In this document: positions 10,430-19,493 of the stretch, piece after piece | Position numbering within the stretch: the first letter of the stretch is position 1 | Layout: each line of letters opens with the position of its first letter | NCBI GenBank assembly: GCA_000002445.1 | Contig: CP000066.1 | Coordinates: forward strand, 544,001-608,000 | From: Trypanosoma brucei | Lineage: Eukaryota | Length of the DNA: 64,000 nucleotides | Direction: 5' to 3' | Notes under the pieces: generated by a model | The model's database searches: none | The model's input: the letters and a program-made list of their open reading frames with translations, nothing else | What the model was told of the DNA's origin: nothing | Made by a program: the position numbers and the translations under genes

Positions 10430-11520
10430 CATTAGAAAACAAAAAGAGGGGGAAAGGAGGAGAAATGACACCAACGGATAAAAATAATGTTTTAGCGTCC
10501 GTTCGGCAATTGGTCACACCACTCGTTAGGTGGCGCCCCATCACTTGCTTTTGTTTCTTTTCCTTTTTGGTATTGTTTTACTTTGCATACTGCATTATTC
10601 TTTTTGTTGATTTTATATCATTCCTCTTTATATATCATGTTGTTGTTGCCTTTTTTTATCACCCTTACTGGGATCTTTTTCCCCTTTTTTTTGTTTCAAC
10701 TTTACCTATTCTCTGCTTCTCCTTTAAGCATAATCTTGGCGGACTCGTCCGGTTTGATTTACAGTTAAGAACAGAAAAGAGAGAACATATATATATACAA
10801 AAATGTTATAATCATGATTATCATTTGGCACTTCCACCGGAAGCAGAAATCTCAAACCATATCCTTCAAAAACTCCCCTCCCCTTTGTCTTATTTGGCAT
10901 CGGTTTCCCTTCTTTTTATTTCTTTTTGGGTACCCCCCCCCCCGCCTCCATTCGGTTTTTTTTTCTTTTTCATGTAGAAAAAAAAAAAGTTGTTGCTGCC
11001 GCCGCTTAAGGGTGCCTCCGACATTTCACACAATAAACAATCAAACGAACAAAAAAAAAAGAGTTTGTTGGCCGCCCTCGCATCCGCCGAAACAAACACA
11101 AAAAAAGGGCATCACGAACGTACGCCACGCTAAACATAAAATGAAAAATTAAACAAAAAAACACAAAGATACTTCCGCTGTAAAACTTCCGGAACTTTCA
11201 ACAACTCAGTGGCCTCAGCTCTCACCGTTATTTTCCCGTTTAATACTTTCCATTTCTCCCCGCTCCCACAACACATGTCATCTTCATCTCCATCTTATCC
11301 TCATCCCATCACTCAGTATAGTTATGCATACATGTACGCATTTGCTCTCCATGCTGCGGGAAGGAAAAGAAAAGAAAAGGAAATGAAAGGAAAGGAAAGG
11401 AAATAAAATAAAGCCCTAAAATCATGCGAAGGGTCGAAAGGGACGAAAGGGGGAAAGGGGGGTGGTTAAGCTCAAAGACACATCGCTGGTACACTGCGGA
11501 AGCACAACGCACAAATACAC

Positions 11521-11538
11521 ATATATATATATATATAT
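11521..11538. repeat. (TA)n microsatellite
   Basis: atatatatatatatatat. Confidence 0.9.
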
Positions 11539-12357
11539 TAATATATTTTATTTCCCCATTTTTTTCTTTATTCTTCGCAAATATTCATCACCCCTGCATT
11601 TTGATGCCGTGTCGTTGCCTTTACCATCAGTGAGAAGGAAAGTAAAGAAAAATACGAGAAGAAGTGACGCGCCGCAAACTAAAATCAAAAAAACAACTAA
11701 AAAAAGAGGCACAGTACAACACAGCTGCACACAATAAGAGTGCCGAAAGCGGGCACAGCAACGTCGACTGCAAAACTGCAGGGCTGCGTGGTTGAAAAGG
11801 GGAAAGTAATAGTGATGAGTGAGCTGTTGAACAGAAAGGGGAAAAGGTAATCATGATGTTCATAGCCGTCCGAATCGTGCAGGCGCTCCCACCACGCATA
11901 CACGCACACACACATACACACATACGCACGGGCATACGTTGCGCTAATACCTCTTCCTGTAAAATGAACAAAATTAAAAAGAAAGTGTGATCCCGTCCGC
12001 CCTCGCTCACGAACAAATACACTCGCATAAAGTATGTTGGCAACGTAGAGAAACACATTTAGCCGAGTATGTATGCATCCATCCAAGTACATACAGTCCA
12101 ATTAACACAATAGCCATCAAATCAGGTTCACTAAATGATGACGATAACGCGGCCCACGTGCACACAAAAACACACCGCTGTGAGGGAAAAATGTAGAATT
12201 GTGGGAAGAGAAAAATAAACCGCCAGAACAGAGAACAAGAGTAAGATGTATGTTCATATGAAAAGGGTTATGAACGGGTTGACGGATGTGACACGAATTA
12301 CCCGCCCCCACTTAAATCTCGTTGCACACCTCAAGCTGGTGGTACACCGCCTCACCG

Positions 12358-13629
12358 TCAGTAATGCGGAGAGTTTTGTCTCGCTTGTTCCTGCTGTAAG
12401 TGAAGCACCGCATTGTATTGGTCTAATACAGTGTAAACCTCAGATTCCGCGGCGAGAATCTCCAACATGGGAATCAGCTGCTGCAATTCATTGTCGCCAG
12501 GGTCGTCAAACCAAGACGGAATTGGAATTGCATTACGCTGCTGAAATAAGTACGCCACAGGGCTATTGTCAATGATAGCGACACGATCCAGGTCCCGACC
12601 AAGCAATGAGAGGTCCTTCACGTAAGCGCCATTGAGAATACTGCAGTGCTCTCGGTAAAGTCGGAGGGAACCGAGTATATTGTCAGTATCAATTGCATCC
12701 ATCAGTTGGTTGCAATAAACCGAGACGGAGGCGGTGAATATAATGACCTCAAAGAGAGGTGCCACGGCCTGCAAGAATTCACGCATAAAGGGACGAAAAG
12801 CAACATAAACGGTGGTGGATGTGTTCTCCATTCGTACGTCCAGCACTAGATCGTGATGTCGCGACTGACTTGTGAGTGAGCTGTGTACAAGCGTCTCATC
12901 AAGATCTAATATAAGTGTGATCTTGTCACGAAAACGCGGAAGCTGTCGTGGAAGGAGGGATGCATGATTCTTCGCATTCACAGGTGAAGTGTTCTTTGGC
13001 ATCTTTTGTATCCGCCGCACCTGTTCTGAAACGGCATTTTCATAAAGTTTTGCCCTAGCCTGTTTGGTGTTACCACCATCGTCATTGTCACCACTACCGT
13101 TGATGTTGGTGACGTCATCCGTTCTTTCCCCGGGAGGCTCACCCGTATCCCGAATGCTATTGACACACCTATACGCTTCCACTAAGGAGGCCGCCGCACC
13201 TGTTCTAACGCTTTTGGACGCCGGTTCCTGCGCCTGCGTCATAATGATGCTGCTAACTTGTCGGAGTTCCTCCTCACTCTTTTCCCCTCTATGCTTAACA
13301 GGCGGACATGGTGTGCGGTTGCGGCGCGGACGGGCAGCGCTCTCTGGCACTTCAGCCTCAGGGCCTGACCACCGGGCCGAAACGGTGGGTTGCACCCTCG
13401 ACGGCAAAACAACAGGCGTGGAAGCCGCTTTCTCGTTCACAACGCTTTGTGTCGGCGGTGCTACGGAGGAAATTAACGGAGGTGGGGTTGAAGATTGTTT
13501 GGGTAATGCAATTGGCTGCTGTGGCTGAGCCTCCTCCTCTCGCCTACAGTGAGGTTTCTTCGTGCAGTTTCTCACAGTGCTGAGCCTGGCCGAGATGTTT
13601 TGGAAGAATGACATGGCATCGTGGTTCAT
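12358..13629 (-). CDS. NLI-interacting-factor (FCP1/SCP-like, HAD-family) protein phosphatase domain protein.
   Basis: 423 aa, ATG start. The C-terminal half has the DxDxT catalytic motif (KITLILDLDETLVHSS) and the rest of the NIF fold (IIFTASVSVYCNQLMDAID...YVKDLSLLGRDL...IIDNSP). The N-terminal half is low-complexity. Confidence 0.8.
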   Translation of the reverse strand: MNHDAMSFFQNISARLSTVRNCTKKPHCRREEEAQPQQPIALPKQSSTPPPLISSVAPPTQSVVNEKAASTPVVLPSRVQPTVSARWSGPEAEVPESAARPRRNRTPCPPVKHRGEKSEEELRQVSSIIMTQAQEPASKSVRTGAAASLVEAYRCVNSIRDTGEPPGERTDDVTNINGSGDNDDGGNTKQARAKLYENAVSEQVRRIQKMPKNTSPVNAKNHASLLPRQLPRFRDKITLILDLDETLVHSSLTSQSRHHDLVLDVRMENTSTTVYVAFRPFMREFLQAVAPLFEVIIFTASVSVYCNQLMDAIDTDNILGSLRLYREHCSILNGAYVKDLSLLGRDLDRVAIIDNSPVAYLFQQRNAIPIPSWFDDPGDNELQQLIPMLEILAAESEVYTVLDQYNAVLHLQQEQARQNSPHY

Positions 13630-14217
13630 TTTCTTCTTGTCTATTCACCTCCTCTCCTTTTGTCACTCTTTCCTCCTCGGACTGAGTTCAGTAGATACCA
13701 AAGTCCCCCTCAAGCTGTTCAATTTAAAAAAATAATACCGGGAACGACAGAAACGCGCAGCACCACTTCACACCGTCACCCACCACCACCACCACCACTG
13801 CTTACTAATTTCTTCTCCTCCCTTCCGCACACGCGTTCGCCGTCCTCGTTGTCCCTAAGACCAACCTCAATTAACAGACCTCAAAGGATAAAATATTTGC
13901 TGCTTCTATTCCTTGAACTAACGCTCCAAGTACGTGTCGTTTCGTTGGTGCATTTAAAGAATAAGAAGGAAGATCAATGAAGAAAAGAGAGAAGGTTGTT
14001 TAAAGAAAAACAGGCGATGAAGTGAAGTAATAGTGTGGCAACCTCAATTCTCTTCCGCAATTCCACAAGGGACTGATAAGAAAGACAGTTAATATCTGAG
14101 CGTAAAAAGTCCGTACGGACTGAAACAGTAAGTGCAAATGCACACCACCAGCACCCCCAAGGAGGGCACCCACACCCCCTCACAGTGCAACAAATACGGG
14201 GGAGAGAGGACAATATT

Positions 14218-15216
14218 TCATCCAATAAACGTTTTCTCGCCTGTGTCACGGTCGACGATTACTTGCGTTCGCGTATCAGGCACGACCCGTACCTCGTAAC
14301 GGCCCACGTAACACCGCAGATCCGCAAATACGAGCAACAAATTCACATTCACATTTCGACAACCCACACCACTAACAAAGAAACTCATCTCGATTCCTCT
14401 CACACCCTCTTCCGTCTGTCCCTCCTCTTTCGCAGTCGATAGCGGCCCGCGCAGCACCGTTGCATCAATTAGTGAGCAGTTCACATCCACGGAACCACCA
14501 AGGAGGGGCCCACATACACCTCGAACATCACCTTGAAGTTTGTCGAGATTAGAGATGTATTTATCTTTGAGAGAAGGCACCATCATCTCAACAGCGGTCT
14601 TTGGGGGCCGTTCGAAGAGCCTTTCCACAAATTTCTCAGCGAACGGTATGAAGTCATCAGTTTTCAAGAACTGTAATACATCGGACTTCACTTCCGTGTG
14701 TGGTTCAAAACGGAACGCTGTGACAAAAAAGCGCTTGCTAACCTCAGTCTTCGCGCTACTTTGATTCCGAGGGGCGGCTCCAGTGGTATGTCTCCACTTC
14801 CATGACATGCGACACTTCACCTGCTGTACCTTCTCGAAATCCACCAGTGCGATGATGTGCGCCTCGTCACCGTCATCCTTAACAAGAACGGCATCGCGCA
14901 TGATGTTCGTCACCTTTCCCAGCCGATCGCAAACCCATCGAACCATTGCTCGCACAACACCGCGTTCCACCCTAACCGTCAGCAACTCCGGATGAAACAA
15001 ATTCATGAGCTCCTTATCATAGCCAGCGGTGGCGCCATCAGTTAATACTTCTAAAAAGTGCGCCAACGGCGCCACTACCTCCGGTGGTACTTCACCAATT
15101 CGCTTTATCCGGTAGTAAAGATAGTAAAGTAATACTACAAACCATGGAACAACACTAACGATTATTACGCCCAACGTCGATGACGAGTCGAATAGAAGAC
15201 TATAAATAGCGCTCAT
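14218..15216 (-). CDS. Hypothetical protein with an N-terminal transmembrane anchor.
   Basis: 332 aa, ATG start. N-terminal hydrophobic helix LGVIIVSVVPWFVVLLYYLYY. I recognised no catalytic motif. Confidence 0.45.
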   Translation of the reverse strand: MSAIYSLLFDSSSTLGVIIVSVVPWFVVLLYYLYYRIKRIGEVPPEVVAPLAHFLEVLTDGATAGYDKELMNLFHPELLTVRVERGVVRAMVRWVCDRLGKVTNIMRDAVLVKDDGDEAHIIALVDFEKVQQVKCRMSWKWRHTTGAAPRNQSSAKTEVSKRFFVTAFRFEPHTEVKSDVLQFLKTDDFIPFAEKFVERLFERPPKTAVEMMVPSLKDKYISNLDKLQGDVRGVCGPLLGGSVDVNCSLIDATVLRGPLSTAKEEGQTEEGVRGIEMSFFVSGVGCRNVNVNLLLVFADLRCYVGRYEVRVVPDTRTQVIVDRDTGEKTFIG

Positions 15217-16388
15217 GTATAATGAGCCTTTGGATAATCCCCTTCACAATGCACCTCAGTCTAAAAGTGTGTAGCAATAGCGAAGCGCATAATAAATCGG
15301 AGCGAGAAGAAATCCTTTTGCAGTGCCCCAACGGAGCACCTTGTGGAAGGGACCTTCCCAAAAGTAGTGCCGTAGTGGAGTACATCTTTGGCACGTTTGG
15401 ATGCAATGTTACCAGTTAAATAACACTCGTGCACAATACAACGCATCAACAGCATCCGATAGTGGCATAGTAAAACGGGGGAAACATTGCAAATGGTCAT
15501 TCCCCACACGGCAGCAGCAAACTCACAGAAGTGTATGTACAATAAAGAGATGAGGCGGGGAGACGATATACGACACGAACAACAAAGGAAGCAACAATCA
15601 TTTCGACGACACCCACCGCTCCAAACCCATGAGCATCCGTTACACCTCACTCCGGTAACTTATGCGGTTCGTTGTTTTCGCGCGCAAACCCATTCGGAAG
15701 GCCTTTGGCACTACATCTATTGCTCGATCGCGTTTCTCCCTCCACATGCGGCTTCACAGGCTTCTCAAAAACAGTCTCCCCTGAGGGACGGCTGCAGTAG
15801 CTTCCCCATCGCACGGTCCGCTGTTGCACATAACCCGTCGACCCCTTCTGCAAAGCCTTCGGTGGCCTGACCGTCCAAGGTGAAAGTGACAGTGCCACGC
15901 AACGCATCAGTCAATCCAAAAAAGAAAAATGGGACGCAACCAAAAAAAAAAAAGATGGCGTTCCGGTGGGATGCGAGCCGTGCAATTTGGTTTGCACAGT
16001 CGCAAGCTATGGTCCGTAACTCGTACTATATTCTTCCCTCCTCCTCTCCCGGGAAACTCTTGGTATCCCGTCCAAATAAATCAACAAAGACACCACAACA
16101 AGGCGAAATAGAAGAAAACAATACACAACAAAAATGTCTCTTGCGTTCTCTGCTCTCTCAGGTTAAACAACAACCAAAGGTGAATGGTAAACGAGTTTAA
16201 GGTACATATACCCGCACTGTTCTTTTTTTTTTTAAAAAAAAGGTAAATCAATATTACAACGTACGGCTATAATCCAAGTGGGGGAAAGCACAGCAACCGA
16301 CTGATAAGCATGTGCGTGGGGCGACCTAACAACAATCACTTCGTGACGGAGCAGCACATCAAAAACATTCCTCGAAGGGAACCTTAGT

Positions 16389-18629
16389 TCACTCACAGGA
16401 CAGACGAAAAATGGCACTTCGCATATCCTCTGGCAACGGAGCGACACATGTGAGGACTTCGGCTGTACGAGGATGGACCACAGTGACAGAAGAGGCGTGC
16501 AAAGCCACACGCTGTAGGAGGGGGGAACAGCAAGCGGCCCCACCATGTTCCACGTCCTGCAATATGGGAAGTCCTACCGCCGCTAAATGCCGACGTATCT
16601 GATGCTTTTTTCCCTGCTGAATCCGGGCCTCCACGAGTGCCACGCGGAAACGCTTATAAAAGTGCACAATACGATACTTGGTTGTTATCTTCGCATCCGC
16701 CGGATCACGCAGGACCCCATTCAGTGGTATATTTGTGAGGTTTGACTCCACAACGGCACAAAGCGCAAGGTATATCTTACTGGACTGTGAATAGGCAGCG
16801 CTAGTCCCCATCTGGTGACGCAGCGACGACGCCGCTACGTCACTTTTTGCCATGATGAGACACCCGCTAGTTTCCGTGTCCAAGCGATGAACCTGGCCTT
16901 GGCGGAAAACGCGCCTCATCACATCCCCACGTTTCTTGCAGGTTAATTGCAATGAAACAATATCTGTTGCTTTATCATCACACAACTGAGAGCAGCTGAG
17001 GGCATGACGCGAAGTCGCCACATGCGGTGGCTTGTTGATGACCAAAAGATCATCATCTTCGTATACAACTGGGAAAATTGGCAGGGGGGATTTTAAGGGA
17101 TCTCCCGCACGCATTGTCTCGGCGGCTCTTACGCATTCGTGTTCGGGGGGAAGTCTCACTACTACACGCATATGGCCCTCCGGTGCGGCACCAATGTCTG
17201 CACACTCTGGTCTCTTCTCCAATAGCGTCCTCCAGTAGGAACAGTGCGGTGCTAGCGCGAGCAACTGCTCCATGACTGACCGGTCGGTCAGCTGCAGAAG
17301 AAAACTAATCTCCGCTGGTCGCTCGAGATCCGAGTGGGACTCACCACACTCTTCAATGAAGTGAGGGAAACTTGAGTGGCTGGGATCCAACTCACCCTCA
17401 CTCAACAACTTGGCATACTGAAGTAACAGGCGGTTGTCTACGAGGTTGCGCTTTGGATCTTTTAAAGCACACGACAATGCCGTGCAGTACACAACAGCTT
17501 CGTCAACATTCGTAGAAACTTCCCTTTCCGCCTGTGTATTTGTTTCACCAGCCCCACCTATGGCAAAGGCAGAGGAAAACCACGGCCGCTCCAGATCAGT
17601 AAGGCACCAGTTGCTCAGGCAGTCGACAGCAACACGGCGTGGAAGCAACCGCTTGCGACAGATCACATCTGTAATAACTTCTGCTCTCTCCAACGGCCAC
17701 ATAGTATCGCTAAGAAATTGGCAACTCCAGCGCTGAATGGCTGCAGCATCTGTTGGGAAAACTATACTGGGGTCAATGTTGAAACGACACGCCACGACAA
17801 TCGATTCGCGCACAGCTGTTCTCTCCTGCACTGCAGAGGCTGTGGCACACGCATCCGGCGCAGGGCTTGTCCTGGAGGTTGCGGTAGCCGTTGCATCTCC
17901 CAAACCCCACAGTCTGTTGCGCAATCGTATGGCCACTTGAGTGGCACATGTCTCTGACGCTGGTGCCACCTCATCCTTTGCTGCAAACCCCTCTAGAAAC
18001 GATAAAACAGCGGCAGGCTTATCAAGCCGTACCAGACGTGCCAGAGCCGTTGCTGCGGCACTCCCAAGTGAGGGGAGTTCCGCATTCATTGCCATGGCGA
18101 GTGCGGCAGCCGGATTAAGTTTAGAAAGTTCCTCCACAACACCGCGGTATTGTGCTATCTCATTATCGGTATACTTACCTCCTTTTTGCAGCAGTTCCTT
18201 GGTAAAGGCTTCCACAAGCTTGAGATCGTGAGCCATTAAACGTCCCTCCACTTTCGAGAGAAACCGTGACTGGCGACTCGCCAGCTCGGCAACCGCAGCA
18301 GCGGCGCTGCGCTTTACAAAAAGCGGCGCGCGCTGTTCCACATTAAACAATGCTTCCGTACCGAAAGTAAGGGACGACGGCGACAATGACGCCGCAGAGA
18401 TCCTCTTAGCCTCCCGTACATGAGCTAACGCTTCGGTTTTAGGGAGTTCACTCAGAACTTGTAATAACGCAGCAGTATGTAGTAGTTGCAACTTCACCCT
18501 TGTGCCTGAGCCGTCGATGAAGGAAGCATCAAGAAAACACGTCGAAACACCGTGTGGGGCGGATAAACCTTCCAATTTCCGAAGGATAGCGGTGGATGAC
18601 CGCCTCACGAGCCCACGAGCGTGATGCAT
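16389..18629 (-). CDS. RluA-family RNA pseudouridine synthase domain protein with a large N-terminal region of unknown function.
   Basis: C-terminal catalytic motif LLVINKPPHVATSRHA...HRLDTETSGCLIMAKS (the HRLDxxTSG of RluA/TruC). The track ORF extends to an ATG at 18875, but its first 82 codons translate poly-A/poly-T intergenic sequence, so the ATG at 18629 (MHHARGLV...) is the more plausible start. Confidence 0.7.
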   Translation of the reverse strand: MHHARGLVRRSSTAILRKLEGLSAPHGVSTCFLDASFIDGSGTRVKLQLLHTAALLQVLSELPKTEALAHVREAKRISAASLSPSSLTFGTEALFNVEQRAPLFVKRSAAAAVAELASRQSRFLSKVEGRLMAHDLKLVEAFTKELLQKGGKYTDNEIAQYRGVVEELSKLNPAAALAMAMNAELPSLGSAAATALARLVRLDKPAAVLSFLEGFAAKDEVAPASETCATQVAIRLRNRLWGLGDATATATSRTSPAPDACATASAVQERTAVRESIVVACRFNIDPSIVFPTDAAAIQRWSCQFLSDTMWPLERAEVITDVICRKRLLPRRVAVDCLSNWCLTDLERPWFSSAFAIGGAGETNTQAEREVSTNVDEAVVYCTALSCALKDPKRNLVDNRLLLQYAKLLSEGELDPSHSSFPHFIEECGESHSDLERPAEISFLLQLTDRSVMEQLLALAPHCSYWRTLLEKRPECADIGAAPEGHMRVVVRLPPEHECVRAAETMRAGDPLKSPLPIFPVVYEDDDLLVINKPPHVATSRHALSCSQLCDDKATDIVSLQLTCKKRGDVMRRVFRQGQVHRLDTETSGCLIMAKSDVAASSLRHQMGTSAAYSQSSKIYLALCAVVESNLTNIPLNGVLRDPADAKITTKYRIVHFYKRFRVALVEARIQQGKKHQIRRHLAAVGLPILQDVEHGGAACCSPLLQRVALHASSVTVVHPRTAEVLTCVAPLPEDMRSAIFRLSCE

Positions 18630-19493
18630 GCGTGAAAACGAGAAAAGCACACCCTGCAGACCCCTTTTCCGCCACCTCAAATGCTGGGAACATTTCAGCC
18701 CGTTTATTAGGCAATGTTCACGATTTAAAAAATAAAAAAAGAAAAGAGGCGGAATTTGCATTGGTAATGAAGCAGAAAAATCGATGGGCAGAGTTGACGC
18801 TGGAAGGGAAGGAAACGGAAAAGGCTTTAGAAAGTTGGATCGCAGCAGCACCACCACCTTTTTTTTAACAAACATTGCAAATGAATCGTGGAACCGCTGC
18901 GGCGAAGTTTTTGTCCACTCTCTATCGTTATTGCGCTCAGTTTAAACAATCAGGACAGAGAACGCCCCCCCCCAAAAAAAAAAATGAAGAAAAAAACGGG
19001 GAAACGAATAGAGGGAAAGAAAAATCAACTACAACAGGCAGCGGACGCACAAAAAAAACGTTAGAAATGACGCACTGCACAACAATACCAGCCCTCCCAC
19101 TCTTCACGTATCTTTTCGCCCCTAAAGCATTTAGCCTTTGCGCGACACACCTCGTGAGACACGTTGTTGTTGACCTGTGGCGTAGCAAATGAAGCGAAAT
19201 AAGCCAAATTTTCTAGCTTTTATCAAGCAGATACGGCTTAAAACTAAAGTGGTGTGAGCATATGTTAAAAGGATTTCCTCTTTTTTTTTGGTTCTGTTTT
19301 TTTTTTTTGAAATAAAAAAAAATCGACCAAAGGGGGGAAGAACCGACCACATTGGTCTTCTAGCGAAACCTGGTGGCACCGTCTACGAAAACGAGCTTGA
19401 CTGGTCGGGAGGAGAAAGAGGGGGAAACTATAAATTTTATGTAATCCAAATCCCCTGCATCGAATATCGTCCCCCCACACACACACCTCACCT

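Noticed and set aside
10357-12101. ORFs of 134-206 aa in the 2.4 kb low-complexity intergenic region (10357..10977+, 11627..12058-, 11697..12101-).
   Set aside because: Their translations are homopolymer-rich (F/L/K/E runs, CVCVC) and are produced by simple-sequence repeats. They are not protein-coding.
12136-12142. C-box-like TGATGA as a possible C/D snoRNA.
   Set aside because: No CTGA D box lies 60-120 nt downstream, and there is no terminal stem. It is probably a chance heptamer.
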